DNA of 64,000 bases from Henriciella sp. (GTDB lineage Bacteria; Pseudomonadota; Alphaproteobacteria; Caulobacterales; Hyphomonadaceae). A program made the position numbers and the translations under genes. The stretch spans positions 2,902,475 to 2,966,474 of the forward strand of contig OZ255705.1 of assembly GCA_965277015.1 (NCBI GenBank). The letters are read 5' to 3'. Shown here piece by piece: positions 34,589-44,775 of this stretch (position 1 is its first letter; every line of letters starts with the position of its first letter). Under the pieces are notes generated by a model that saw only the letters and a program-made list of their open reading frames with translations, had not been told where the DNA came from and made no database searches.

Positions 34589-34669
34589 GAGATTGAGGAT
34601 GCCCGGCTAAGGCGTGCCGTTGCTGATCTCACACCGGATAATCAAATCCTTCAGAAGGTTGTCCGTGGA
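34589..34669 (+). mobile_element. IS3-family orfA scar
   Basis: EIEDARLRRAVADLTPDNQILQKVVRG resembles the orfA C-terminus pattern ENARLRRAVSDLTLD..IL. Confidence 0.55.
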
Positions 34670-35061
34670 GCCATCTTGCTCGCGACCTTTATGCCGCCTA
34701 ATGGGTTGGAGGGGGGAGGTGAACGCCGCTACGAACCCACCGTCGATCCTAATAAATCGGTTGGGCCAGTCAGATTAGGCAGGTCAGAGGCGGTTCCCAC
34801 TGCACGCGAATGCCGGGGCGACGTTCGAGGCGATTTTAAGAAATCAACTATCCAAGACTGACAGCCGGCTGACACTTAACATTGATTATCCATAGGCATG
34901 AGCCGCTGCTGGCGGTGCCACCGCCATGCCAAATGGCCGATCAGGGGCTCGAAATGGTGTCACGCAAAATAAGCATGTTCTGGGGTCGCACTGAATTGTC
35001 GTGACCTGTTGTGGCAGATTATGACCCTGAAAAACCTATAATTTTTTGAACTTCGGCTTGG

Positions 35062-35113
35062 TTGACATTACAGGGGTCTCAAGTTCGAACCTTGTATCGG
35101 CCACCATTTTCTC
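35062..35113 (+). repeat. Degenerate attR-type copy of the tRNA-Val 3' half
   Basis: 49/52 identical to 7534-7585. Confidence 0.9.
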
Positions 35114-35281
35114 ACGCCCGCACTGACGCTGTCCCACTGATTCTGTGCGCGATCGCCTTTTTGAGACACTGAGAGGTCGTTCAGACGTGCTTTTTGCTGT
35201 CTTAGTTTCGCCTCGTCGGCGGATCTGGTGCTTGCAACACATCTTCCCATTCTGAACTCTGACCTCGAGATGAGGGTGTAA

Positions 35282-36640
35282 ATGCGTACGACGCAATTGA
35301 AGTGGATCGCCGTCAGTGTCTGCTTTGCTGTCACGCTGATTTTCAGCCTGACTTATTATTACCGCGCGCCGTTTCATGATCATTGGGATATTGTGCCGCT
35401 ATTTGCGCAAGGGCGAGACGGCACGCTGGCATGGGCCGATTTGTTTGCGTTGCATGGGTATCACTGGCACGCGTCTGGCTATCTCGTTCAGCTTGGCCTC
35501 GGTGAGCTGACGGCTATGGGCCATCAGGCCGAAAGTGCGGCCAATGTTCTGATCGCGATGTTCGGGTTCATCGCTTTGGCACGCATGCTGGGACGGGCCG
35601 CGAATTCGCTGAATGTTGCGAATGGTACGCGTATCTGGATCTTTGCGGTCTCGGCTTTCATGTTGTTTTCGCTGGATCAGGCCGGGAACTGGCTCTGGGG
35701 CTGGCAAATTGCCGTGTTCATCAATGTCGCAGGCGCCTTATGGACAATTGAACGGCTCACATGCGGACGGCCGACAATCCTGAATACGATGCTGGCAATC
35801 ATGGCGTCAGCCGCCGCGATATATGGCTTCGGTACGGGCTGGGTTCTGCTCCCGATAGGGTTTGCGTTATTACTTGTACACGGTGCGTGGCGAACACTTG
35901 AAGGGCGTGTGTCTCTGGCGATCTGGCTGGGCTTCACAGGCCTGTTGCTCTGGCATTTTCTTCAGGCTGCGTCATCGCCGTCCGCGGCGCATACGAGCAG
36001 TGCTTTTCCAGATCTGCTGGATGGTGCCGTGATGCTCGGCTTGATCCATTACGCCATGAACTTTCTGGCATCGCCAATTGTACGTTTCGCGCGGGACATA
36101 TCGGTGCCGATCACCTTGCTGGGGCTTGGCATTCTGATCTGGTCTAGCCGGACAATCTGGCAGGCTGATCGGGCGAATGCCAGGAAGGTCTTGGCGCCGT
36201 TTCTCTCGATGGCCATTTTTGCGCTTGGATCTGGACTTTTGACGGCGTTCGGGCGGTGGGAGAGTTTTGGGGTCAAGCAGGCCTTTGTCAGTCGCTATAT
36301 CACGTTCGGAACTTTCTTCTGGATCGCCATATTTGTCCTCGCCGCATTGGCGATCGCAAAATCCCGCCACCAAAAGCATCGAGGCTTGCTTGGCTTGCTC
36401 GGATTGCTGCTGGTCTTGAAAATTGGCAACATTCCCAGCGTGGTCAAAAAAAGTGTCCGACTGTCCGGCGACATTCACATTGCTGCGGATCATCTGGCTG
36501 AAACCTATCCGGCCACGCTGCCGGACACATATGCCGTCCTGCACAGCCCACAACAGAATGTGGATCAGCGTATCAAAGTCCTGCACGACCACCGTGTCAG
36601 CCTATTTGCGGATGTCCCGCGTGAAGACGATGCGGATTGA
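35282..36640 (+). CDS. Multi-TM membrane protein, putative GT-C-fold (GtrC-like) glycosyltransferase
   Basis: 452 aa polytopic; early periplasmic loop PFHDHWD..ALHGYHWH; late SRYIT motif; adjacent to GtrB- and GtrA-like genes. Confidence 0.65.
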   Translation: MRTTQLKWIAVSVCFAVTLIFSLTYYYRAPFHDHWDIVPLFAQGRDGTLAWADLFALHGYHWHASGYLVQLGLGELTAMGHQAESAANVLIAMFGFIALARMLGRAANSLNVANGTRIWIFAVSAFMLFSLDQAGNWLWGWQIAVFINVAGALWTIERLTCGRPTILNTMLAIMASAAAIYGFGTGWVLLPIGFALLLVHGAWRTLEGRVSLAIWLGFTGLLLWHFLQAASSPSAAHTSSAFPDLLDGAVMLGLIHYAMNFLASPIVRFARDISVPITLLGLGILIWSSRTIWQADRANARKVLAPFLSMAIFALGSGLLTAFGRWESFGVKQAFVSRYITFGTFFWIAIFVLAALAIAKSRHQKHRGLLGLLGLLLVLKIGNIPSVVKKSVRLSGDIHIAADHLAETYPATLPDTYAVLHSPQQNVDQRIKVLHDHRVSLFADVPREDDAD

Positions 36641-36766
36641 AGGTCGAAAGCAGACAATGCGTGGAGAGCCAGTCAAGCGATCTCGCGAAAACAATAGCCT
36701 TGCCGACAATAAGCGGCCTGCCCGCGTCCGACCGCGGCTTGCCTGATCATATCAATAGAGGGAATC

Positions 36767-37723
36767 GTGCCTGTTCAATCATCCCATATCTCCGTTGTGA
36801 TCCCGTTTCATAATGAGATGGAAAACATAATGCCCTTGTTTGCGCGCCTTATCCCGGTTCTGAACGAACTGTCGCAGCGTTGGGATATTATTTGCGTTGA
36901 TGATGGAAGCGAGGATGGAACGCTCGCGGCATTGAACGCTGCGCGGGCCAAGGATCTTCGTATCCGCATTGTCAAACTATCGCGCAATTTTGGAAAAGAA
37001 GCTGCGATCTCGGCGGGATTGCAAGTCGCTAATGGACGCCATGTTATGTTGATGGATGGTGATCTCCAGCATCCTCCGGAAACTCTACGCGAGATGATGG
37101 AGATCCAGGCGCGCGGAATTGATGTCGTATATGGCTTGCGTCATTCCAGGCGAACCGAGGGTCGATTGCGGAGCGCGTTTTCGTCTCTTTTCTATCATGT
37201 TTTCTCGCGCGCCGCAGACGTGCGATTGCCTGCGAATGCTGGCGATTTTCGCCTTATGTCGAGGCGCGTGGTTGAGGCGTTGAACGCCTTGCCGGAACAA
37301 ACCCGGTTCATGAAAGGCCTGTACGCCTGGGTTGGGTTTTCGCAACAGGCCGTCCTGTATGAGGTGGCTGAGCGATCCTCGGGCCGCAGCAAATGGTCTC
37401 TGGCAAAACTGTTTGGATATGCCTGGAACGGCATTGTCTCGTTCAGCGCCTTGCCGCTGAGAGTATGGTCGATCATTGGTATTCTGGTCGCGACTATTGC
37501 GCTTGCATATGCGGTGTTGATTGCCGTGAGCACAATGCTCCTCGGGCGCGATGTCCCAGGATATGCGACTTTGGCCGTGGCGATCTTTTTCCTCGGCGGC
37601 TTGCAACTTGTGAGCATTGGGATGCTCGGCGAATACATTGCCCGCATATTCTCCGAAACCAAACAGCGCCCGCTTTTCATTGTCGAAGACATGCAAGGGT
37701 TCGAGAAGGATGGTGATGACTGA
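36767..37723 (+). CDS. GtrB/YfdH-like GT2 polyprenol-phosphate glycosyltransferase
   Basis: VVIPFHNE, VDDGSEDGT, LSRNFGKEAA, DGDLQHPPE, GDFRLMSR, RFMKGL, two TMs, GEYIARIF.ETKQRP. Confidence 0.93.
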   Translation: MPVQSSHISVVIPFHNEMENIMPLFARLIPVLNELSQRWDIICVDDGSEDGTLAALNAARAKDLRIRIVKLSRNFGKEAAISAGLQVANGRHVMLMDGDLQHPPETLREMMEIQARGIDVVYGLRHSRRTEGRLRSAFSSLFYHVFSRAADVRLPANAGDFRLMSRRVVEALNALPEQTRFMKGLYAWVGFSQQAVLYEVAERSSGRSKWSLAKLFGYAWNGIVSFSALPLRVWSIIGILVATIALAYAVLIAVSTMLLGRDVPGYATLAVAIFFLGGLQLVSIGMLGEYIARIFSETKQRPLFIVEDMQGFEKDGDD

Positions 37724-38117
37724 CTGTGCGATAAGCATTTTGCAGCTCATTCGGTTCGGCTTGGTCGGCTTCGTTGCGACGCTGACGCATGCCAGTATTC
37801 TCTGGACGCTGGTCGAAAAAAGCCAGGTGCCGGCGACGATCGCGACCCTGTTGGGGTATTTGGTCGCTTTCGCCGTATCTTATCTCGGTCACTATTATAT
37901 CACGTTCCAGAGCAGGCGAGGGCATAAGAGAACCTTCCCGAGATTTGCACTGGTCGCGATCGGCGGCGCCAGTTTGCATGGAATGATTTTCTTCGTCGCG
38001 ACTAATTTGATCGGGTGGCACTACTGGACTGCCTTCGCGATCACGATTGTCCTCGTGCCAGCGATCGTATTCTTTGTATCGAAACGTTTGATCTTCACCC
38101 CGGGTGAAAGAGCGTGA
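37716..38117 (+). CDS. GtrA-family 4-TM flippase-like protein
   Basis: QLIRFGLVGFVAT..AVSYLGHYYITF..FPRF; overlaps the gtrB-like stop. Confidence 0.9.
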   Translation: MTDCAISILQLIRFGLVGFVATLTHASILWTLVEKSQVPATIATLLGYLVAFAVSYLGHYYITFQSRRGHKRTFPRFALVAIGGASLHGMIFFVATNLIGWHYWTAFAITIVLVPAIVFFVSKRLIFTPGERA

Positions 38118-38118
38118 A

Positions 38119-38194
38119 TGGTGCCGCTTAGGTGACTTGAACACCCGACCTCCGCATTACGAATGCGATGCTCTACCAGCTGAGCTAAAGCGGC
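38119..38194 (-). tRNA. tRNA-Thr (CGT)
   Basis: Reverse complement GCCGCTTTAGCTCAGCTGGTAGAGCATCGCATTCGTAATGCGGAGGTCGGGTGTTCAAGTCACCTAAGCGGCACCA; anticodon CGT. Confidence 0.96.
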
Positions 38195-38258
38195 GAACCA
38201 AACTCGAAGCGCTGACATACTGCTCGCGCGGCCAAATCGCAAGCGAAACGTAGACGTT

Positions 38259-39686
38259 CTAATCGTCGCTCGGCGCGTAATCGAGCGGTGGGGTGACGAC
38301 GTCTGTGCGCGGGGGTTTCGGCGACGAATTCGTTGTGCCCGGGGCGGGCAGTGCAATCGGGCGGCTGGCATCCAGCTCGCGCTCGGATCGCTCATAACGC
38401 GGATGGACCAGCGTGCCAGCATCGCCAAAAGCATAGACCAGTCGCGACCAGTCGGCCTGACCATATTGGAAGGCGCCGCCGCGAGGATCGATATCCGACC
38501 ATTCCTGTTCGCGCGCAGCGGTCACGGCCATCCGGCCCCATCGCTCAGCTTCGGTTAGATCGCCATAGCCGCGCAGCGCTTTTTCGAGCAACAAGCAGAG
38601 ACGCGCTGTTGGCTTTTCCTCGACCAGCAGGGCGAGAGATTTGACGGAGCTCAGCCAATCGCGGTCACGCATAGCCAGGTCCGCTTCAAGGATGCGGCTT
38701 TCACGATGATCAGGATTGGTCGCGATCAGTGTCTTGAGGCGCTCGGCGATCAGTTTTGGCGTTGCCGCGCTGTCGAGGCGCTGCAGGAGCTGTGACAGAG
38801 CTGGATGCGGGCGGGCTTTCCAGCCGAGTTCGAGAACACCCTGGGCTGCTTTGATCTTGTCATCGATCATCAACTGACGCGCGCCATGCCAGGCGGCGGG
38901 CGGGAAGGATGGCGCTGAACGAATGGCTTCGGCAAGCAGGCGTTGGGCCTCTTTGCGTTCATTATGCTGCAAATTGGCGGCCTGGGCAGTATAGAGAACT
39001 GCGCGGCGGCGACGCAGGCTTTCGCCGCTGATCTGACCGCGCTTCTCGCCTGTGGCCAATGTGGTCAGGGCCGCAGCCCAATTGCCCGCTGCGACCTGAC
39101 TGTCGAACAAGGCATTGAACGGCCAGTCGGCGCCGGACTTCATTTCCAAGGCTTCGCGGGCGCGCGCTTCAGCGGAAATGGCATCCCCGCGTGCGCTGGC
39201 GGCGGAGGCGGCGCCGCGAAGGCCAGCCAATTGTCCGCCGGGAAGACGCGCCAATTGCCCCCAGGCGCGCTCGGCCCCGGACCAGTCATCAGAGATCTCT
39301 GCAGCACGCGCTTCCAGCAGGAGTTTCAGCCGGTCATCTTCGGCATGCTGCGCGGCCTTCTTCGACAACTTGATGGCCAGAGCTGCGTCGCCGGCTTCAG
39401 CCGCAAGCAGGCCATCCGCGAGCGCCTTATTGGCGGCTTTTGTTTTTGACACGCGGCGCGACTTGCTGAACCGGTGCGGCAGCGTCACGAGACCCGTCAG
39501 CAGCGACCAGACCAGCGCTAATGCGGCGCCGACAAGCAGGATGGCCAGCAGTGCCCAAACCAGTTCGAATTCGTATAGAGTGCCATTTCCGAGATCGAGC
39601 GTAAGACCGCCAGGCAGGCGCGAGGCCCACATCACGAAGACGCCCGCCAGGACGATCAACAAGACGATCAGAAAAAGAATGATCAT
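38259..39686 (-). CDS. hemY: HemY-family membrane-anchored TPR protein
   Basis: Two N-terminal TMs, GLLAAEAGD..A, LLLEARAAE, helical repeats; follows hemD and the COG4223 gene. Confidence 0.88.
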   Translation of the reverse strand: MIILFLIVLLIVLAGVFVMWASRLPGGLTLDLGNGTLYEFELVWALLAILLVGAALALVWSLLTGLVTLPHRFSKSRRVSKTKAANKALADGLLAAEAGDAALAIKLSKKAAQHAEDDRLKLLLEARAAEISDDWSGAERAWGQLARLPGGQLAGLRGAASAASARGDAISAEARAREALEMKSGADWPFNALFDSQVAAGNWAAALTTLATGEKRGQISGESLRRRRAVLYTAQAANLQHNERKEAQRLLAEAIRSAPSFPPAAWHGARQLMIDDKIKAAQGVLELGWKARPHPALSQLLQRLDSAATPKLIAERLKTLIATNPDHRESRILEADLAMRDRDWLSSVKSLALLVEEKPTARLCLLLEKALRGYGDLTEAERWGRMAVTAAREQEWSDIDPRGGAFQYGQADWSRLVYAFGDAGTLVHPRYERSERELDASRPIALPAPGTTNSSPKPPRTDVVTPPLDYAPSDD

Positions 39687-40819
39687 GGGCGCTCTTCCGC
39701 AATCATAGTGAGGCGCAAAGCCTCAAGCGTTTGTTCCAACATGTGTCGGTTCTCGGCATTATCCATCCAATCTGTGAAGACAGGCTGAATTTCGGAGTCC
39801 GCGGCGCGAATATGTTCAATGGATTCAGCCAATTCTCCGGCGTCGAGCGCCGTGCGCGCCCGATCGAGATGGTCGCTCGACGTCACTTCGCCTTGCTTGC
39901 GCACCTGAATGCCGTCGCCAAACACGCCGCGGATCCAGCTCGAGCTGCCGCCCTCGGCGCGTGCCGAATTGTCGAGCGCGGTTTGAGCAAGCGCCGGAAA
40001 TGACGCGCGTAGGTCCGAAAGAGTGGGAACTGCTTGCGATGCCAGCGGGGCGAGGCGCGTCACGGCTTCATTGCCGGGCAGGGCGGTCGCCAGTTTCTGC
40101 TGCGCCGACAGGAACGGGCGTCCGCGACGCGCTGCGGCCTCGATGGCTGACAAAGCAAGCGCCGCTTCGGTTTTAACGTTCGTTGCATTGGCGGCATTCA
40201 AGCCATCCGAAGCGGCGTGCGTTTCCAGACGGTTGAGGCGGGTCTTGAGGTTTTCCAGCGTGGTTTCATATGTGCTGAGCTGCGTCACCAGAGCGTCCTC
40301 GATCGCGGTCACCCGATTGGTCAGGGCCGACAGATCAGGACTGTCATCGCTGGCGCCAGGTGATGTGTTGCCATCTGCCAGACTGGCCACGCGGGCGCGC
40401 TGCAGGACCGAAATATCCGCCTGCAGCGTCTCGATCTCGGTCCGGATATTGCGCAAATCCGTGCTGGCCCGTGTCCGGTCGGCCGACAAGCTGTCGGCGC
40501 GCGCCTGCAATGCAGCGATCTCGGTGTTCAGTGTTTCGGTTTTGGACTCGTCCTCATTCAATCCGGTCTGAACAGATGCAAGCTCTGACTGAACCGCCTC
40601 CATGACCTGTGATCCGGGTTGGAAGCCCGGCACATAGCCCGCAGTTGCGGCGGCCAGGCCGAATGCAGATAGAGTCACGACCGTTAATCCACCAAACGCC
40701 ATCCAGCCTGGTCCAGTGGCATGTTTTGGCGGTGCGGATTCATCGCGCGCAGCCGGTTCAAATTCCGCATCAATCGGGGCGTCGTCAGACGATAAAGGGG
40801 GCAGCGATGAATCAGTCAT
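39683..40819 (-). CDS. COG4223 / mitofilin-like coiled-coil membrane protein
   Basis: Start MTDSSLPP; one TM, long coiled coil, C-terminal AARRGRPF..LSDLRASF..DWMDNAENR; between hemD and hemY. Confidence 0.8.
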   Translation of the reverse strand: MTDSSLPPLSSDDAPIDAEFEPAARDESAPPKHATGPGWMAFGGLTVVTLSAFGLAAATAGYVPGFQPGSQVMEAVQSELASVQTGLNEDESKTETLNTEIAALQARADSLSADRTRASTDLRNIRTEIETLQADISVLQRARVASLADGNTSPGASDDSPDLSALTNRVTAIEDALVTQLSTYETTLENLKTRLNRLETHAASDGLNAANATNVKTEAALALSAIEAAARRGRPFLSAQQKLATALPGNEAVTRLAPLASQAVPTLSDLRASFPALAQTALDNSARAEGGSSSWIRGVFGDGIQVRKQGEVTSSDHLDRARTALDAGELAESIEHIRAADSEIQPVFTDWMDNAENRHMLEQTLEALRLTMIAEERP

Positions 40820-40868
40820 ATTCGGATCTCTGATAGCGTGTGTCCTGGCGACTGTATATTGCGTCGGT

Positions 40869-41600
40869 TCAGGCCGAAAGTGTGGCGATGGCTCGCTCAA
40901 GCGCGTTTAGCAATCCATCCTCGTTCGGGACATCAGCGATGAAGATGCGATCGATGGCGAGATTTGCGAGCGGACGGCTCGCCGGCGCGGAAATGGCAAC
41001 CAGTGCCGCGATCTGTAGCCCATGGCTTGCAATCATGCTGGCAAAGGCCTCTGCCCCTTTGGCTGAATGGATCAGGATGATCGCTGATTTGTCATGGGCG
41101 ATAAGATCCAGCACCGCAGTCGGCAATTGCTTGGCGGGCTGCATTTCATAGAGCGGCGCAAACTGAACAGTGAAGCCGAGCGCTTCAAGTTCGCGCTTCA
41201 GATTTCCAGCGGCTGCAGCATTCGCGACGTGCAAGAGTGGGGCGCCCATCGGTGCGCTTCTGGAGGCGATAAAGCGCGCCAGATCCACTGCGTTTCCAGA
41301 CGATTCGAGAACCGTCGTGAACCCGGCCTGCCGCGCCGCATCGGCGGTCGCGGGGCCGACGCACCAGGCCGCGATGTGCCGGTCATCTCGCTGTGCAGCA
41401 TAAGCGCGAACGCCATTGGCACTGGTGAAAACCAGGCCTGAAATGGCGCTTGATGGCGGTAATGCGGCACCTGTTTTTTCGTGGAGCTTCAGCGCCGGCA
41501 CACGCAAGGTTGGGTGGCCGAGCCGCTCCAGTCGCCGGATGGTGTCACTCGCCCCGGGTTCGGCCCGGGTGACGATGATTGGAACCCTCGAAACAGACAT
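40869..41600 (-). CDS. hemD: Uroporphyrinogen-III synthase
   Basis: IIVTRAEPG, VFTSANGVRA, WCVGPATA, LYEM, HSAKGA. Confidence 0.92.
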   Translation of the reverse strand: MSVSRVPIIVTRAEPGASDTIRRLERLGHPTLRVPALKLHEKTGAALPPSSAISGLVFTSANGVRAYAAQRDDRHIAAWCVGPATADAARQAGFTTVLESSGNAVDLARFIASRSAPMGAPLLHVANAAAAGNLKRELEALGFTVQFAPLYEMQPAKQLPTAVLDLIAHDKSAIILIHSAKGAEAFASMIASHGLQIAALVAISAPASRPLANLAIDRIFIADVPNEDGLLNALERAIATLSA

Positions 41601-41608
41601 TGGCGGCT

Positions 41609-42556
41609 CTAATCTGTGAACACAGGCAGGTCACCTCCGGCCTGGGTTCGGATGTCTTTTGCCAGCTCCGTGCCGAGCGCTGCCAGATCTTCAAGCGATG
41701 TCGACAGCAGCGCTTCCGCATGGGCGGTCCATTTGGTCTGGCCATTCGGGGTCAAAACTTCACCGCGTAAATGCCAGGTGCCGTCTACGTTTGTGAGCTG
41801 GGCCGCCATGGCCGTGCGGCAAGAGCCATCAAGCTCGGCGAGGAAGGCACGTTCCGCCGTCGCCATGGCGCGTGTCGCCGGATGATCAATCGCCGCGAGC
41901 GCTGATTGCGCGGCCTGAGACAATTGATCCGCCCGCGCGGCGACGGCGATAATCCCTTGCCCGGCTGCGGGTAATAAGTCGCTTATCGAAACCGGGTGAG
42001 CAAGATCTTCGAGCCCCAGACGTTTCAGCCCGGCCATGGCGAGGAACGTCGCGTCTGCTTCGCCGCGTTTGAGTTTCTCAATCCGAGTTTCGACGCGGCC
42101 TCGAAAGGGAACCACTTTCAAGTCCGGGCGCAGGGCCAAGGCCTGCGACTCGCGGCGCAGACTTGCTGTGCCCAGCACGGCGCCCTGCGGTAAATCCTGT
42201 AAGCGACGTATGCCATTTGTCGTCAGAAACCCATCTCGCGGATCGACCCGTTCGGGATAAGCGATCAGAGTCTGGCCGTCAGGAAGAATGCTCGGAACGT
42301 CTTTCAGGCTGTGCACGCCAATATCGACGTCGCCTTCATCGACCGCACGATCAATTTCGCGCGTGAATAGGCCCTTGCCGCCTGAATTGATCAATCGCTC
42401 AGACGTCAGCTGATCTCCTTTGGTGGTAAAGGCGACGATCTCGCTGAGCAGCGCCCCTTCGCTCGCGCGCTCGATTTCACGGGCGATGAGTTGCGCTTGA
42501 TAGAGCGCCAGCGGAGAACCACGCGTACCGATGCGGACGGGGATAGGGGCTTTCAT
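41609..42556 (-). CDS. hemC: Porphobilinogen deaminase
   Basis: IGTRGSPLALYQA, GKGLFTREID, VHSLKDVP, GTASLRR, LAMAGLKRL, GSCRT; start MKAPIPV. Confidence 0.96.
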   Translation of the reverse strand: MKAPIPVRIGTRGSPLALYQAQLIAREIERASEGALLSEIVAFTTKGDQLTSERLINSGGKGLFTREIDRAVDEGDVDIGVHSLKDVPSILPDGQTLIAYPERVDPRDGFLTTNGIRRLQDLPQGAVLGTASLRRESQALALRPDLKVVPFRGRVETRIEKLKRGEADATFLAMAGLKRLGLEDLAHPVSISDLLPAAGQGIIAVAARADQLSQAAQSALAAIDHPATRAMATAERAFLAELDGSCRTAMAAQLTNVDGTWHLRGEVLTPNGQTKWTAHAEALLSTSLEDLAALGTELAKDIRTQAGGDLPVFTD

Positions 42557-42635
42557 TCTGGCTCCGTTCCTGAGATGAGTTTCAGCTAAGGTTGAACCGG
42601 TTGGCGCGCAAGCCGAACCTGACAGGAGGGACATT

Positions 42636-43637
42636 ATGCGGCATTGGATCCTGGGACTGGCGCTCTTGATGGCAAATTGTGCGCCGACACTCGACGCCGA
42701 CGTAGATGACGGCCCATCGCACCCGATCTCGGTGTCGCCAATCTCTCGCTGTATGAACCTTGGCAGCGCACTGGAAGCGCCCAATGAAGGCGAGTGGGGA
42801 TATAGTGTCCGCCGCGTCGATCTGGAGCGTTTGAAAGAGGCGGGCTTCGATACAATCCGGCTGCCCGTGCGCTGGTCCGTGCATACTGACATGGAAGCGC
42901 CATACGCGATCGATCCTGCCTTGCTGACCCGGGTTGATGAGATCGTGACATGGGCAGGCGAGATCGGTCTGAACATCATCGTCAATGTCCATCACTATGA
43001 CTTGCTGAACGAAGACCCCGAAACGCATGAACCGCGCCTGGAAGCGATTTGGCAGCAGCTCTCAGCCCACTATGACGGGGCACCAGACAGCGTCATTTTC
43101 GAAACCATCAACGAACCCCATTCCAAGATGACCACGGTGCGAACCGACGCGCTTAATCGCCGGCTCCTGGCGAACCTTAGGCTGGCTCATCCGGACCGCT
43201 GGGTCATTCTCGGAACAGCGTTCTGGGGTAATCTCGAGGCGCTTGACGAGTCACAGCCCGACTATGATCCTAATGTCATGCTGACCTATCATGACTATTC
43301 GCCGTTTGATTTTACCCATCAGGGCGCCAGTTGGACCGACCAGACCGAAACCGGGCTGCGATGGGGCACGCGCCGCGATATCGCGGCCATGGTAGCCAAT
43401 CTGGACACAGCCGTCGCCATTCAGAATCGTACACGCATGCCAGTCTTTGTCGGTGAATTTGGAGTCTATCAAGGCGTACCTGTCGAACAGCGCGCCTTGT
43501 GGACGCGAACCATGCGGACAGGCCTGGAAGCTCGCGGAATGGCCTGGTGCTATTGGGATTTTGCAGGCTCGCTGAACGCATACGATGTCGGTAATGAAGC
43601 CTGGTTGCCAGAGATCAAAGCGGCTTTGCTGGACTGA
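42636..43637 (+). CDS. Glycoside hydrolase family 5 (endoglucanase-like), exported or lipoprotein
   Basis: [40 protein letters not shown] (acid/base), FTHQGA, VGEFG (nucleophile), WCYWDF; closely resembles Thermotoga Cel5A-type enzymes. Confidence 0.92.
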   Translation: MRHWILGLALLMANCAPTLDADVDDGPSHPISVSPISRCMNLGSALEAPNEGEWGYSVRRVDLERLKEAGFDTIRLPVRWSVHTDMEAPYAIDPALLTRVDEIVTWAGEIGLNIIVNVHHYDLLNEDPETHEPRLEAIWQQLSAHYDGAPDSVIFETINEPHSKMTTVRTDALNRRLLANLRLAHPDRWVILGTAFWGNLEALDESQPDYDPNVMLTYHDYSPFDFTHQGASWTDQTETGLRWGTRRDIAAMVANLDTAVAIQNRTRMPVFVGEFGVYQGVPVEQRALWTRTMRTGLEARGMAWCYWDFAGSLNAYDVGNEAWLPEIKAALLD

Positions 43638-43677
43638 GCCGGTTTGCAGCAGCTCTGGATTTGCCTATATCGCGGCG

Positions 43678-44775
43678 ATGGACGGACATCTCACTCTGCT
43701 CGGCATCGAAACCAGCTGCGATGAAACGGCGGCAGCGATCCTGCGCCGGGATGCCGACGGCCAGGTCACGATTCTATCGGAATCGGTGCTTTCTCAAATT
43801 GATGATCACGCGCCTTATGGCGGTGTTGTTCCCGAAATCGCGGCGCGCGCGCATGCCGACATCACAGATACAATTGTTGCAAATGTGCTCCGCGATAGTG
43901 GTCTCGCGCTCAATGATCTCGACGGGATTGCCGCGACCAGCGGTCCGGGCCTGATTGGCGGTGTGATGGTCGGAATGATGACCGGCAAGGCATTGGCCAT
44001 GGCCAGTGGAAAACCCTTTATCCCGATTAATCACCTCGAAGGTCATGCGCTCTCGCCGCGTTTGGCCAGCGACTGTCCGTTTCCGTATCTGTTACTGCTG
44101 GTAAGCGGCGGGCATTGTCAGTTCATTGCTGTGAACGGACTGGGGGATTATCAACGACTTGGATCGACGATTGATGACGCTGCGGGTGAGGCATTCGACA
44201 AGCTTGCGAAAACGCTCGGGATTGGATTTCCCGGCGGTCCTGCAGTGGAGCGTCTGGCGCGACAAGGGCATGCATCGAGGTTCGACTTGCCGAGACCGCT
44301 TTTGAACCGGCCCGGCCTGGATATGAGCTTTGCAGGATTGAAAACAGCGGCGGCGCGAACCGTCGAAGCGGAAGACCTTGATGAGCAAGGAAAAGCCGAT
44401 CTATGCGCCTCATTTCAAGCGGCGATCGCAGATTGCCTGGCCGAAAAGACACGCCGTGCTTTGGGTGTGTTCAAGTCTCACCAAGAAAGTGATGTCCGCC
44501 TCGTGGTGGCCGGGGGCGTCGCCGCCAATCAGAGTATTCGCAACGCCCTTGAGGCCGTCGCCAGCGCAGCTGAGGCGGAGTTTATTGCGCCCCCTTTGCA
44601 GCACTGTACAGATAATGCGGCAATGATTGCTCTCGCCGGGGCTGAGCGTCTTGCAGCGGGCCTGGTGCCAGATGACGGACTAGCCTTTTCAGCCCGGCCG
44701 CGTTGGCCATTGGATGAAGCGTCTGCCTTGGCAAACCCGACTTATGGTGGTGGAAAACGAGGCGCGAAAGCCTAG
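43678..44775 (+). CDS. tsaD: tRNA N6-threonylcarbamoyladenosine synthase TsaD
   Basis: [53 protein letters not shown]. Confidence 0.97.
   Translation: MDGHLTLLGIETSCDETAAAILRRDADGQVTILSESVLSQIDDHAPYGGVVPEIAARAHADITDTIVANVLRDSGLALNDLDGIAATSGPGLIGGVMVGMMTGKALAMASGKPFIPINHLEGHALSPRLASDCPFPYLLLLVSGGHCQFIAVNGLGDYQRLGSTIDDAAGEAFDKLAKTLGIGFPGGPAVERLARQGHASRFDLPRPLLNRPGLDMSFAGLKTAAARTVEAEDLDEQGKADLCASFQAAIADCLAEKTRRALGVFKSHQESDVRLVVAGGVAANQSIRNALEAVASAAEAEFIAPPLQHCTDNAAMIALAGAERLAAGLVPDDGLAFSARPRWPLDEASALANPTYGGGKRGAKA

Larger units (their letters stand above)
15037..35113. mobile_element. Accessory unit C (about 20 kb genomic island at tRNA-Val)
   Basis: Bounded by tRNA 3' copies at 14986 and 35062; looks more AT-rich than the flanks by eye (not computed); signalling cargo and an IS scar; no integrase seen. 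Confidence 0.8.

Noticed and set aside
7585-35061. An integrase gene for the island
   Set aside because: No ORF shows the tyrosine-recombinase R-H-R-H-Y pattern or a large serine recombinase. A TLNIDY-like string near 34870 and the frames at 14650-14860 were too weak to call remnants
35114-35281. A direct repeat of the tRNA-Thr 3' end bounding the Gtr-like genes
   Set aside because: Only a 6-bp match (tggtgc near 35226) was found, so mobility of the Gtr set is unsupported
41609-42985. Extended N-termini of hemC, tsaD (43585), COG4223 (40900), PP2C (24235) and 13805 ORF (14644)
   Set aside because: The extensions overlap neighbouring genes or lack RBS; conserved motifs begin at downstream ATGs
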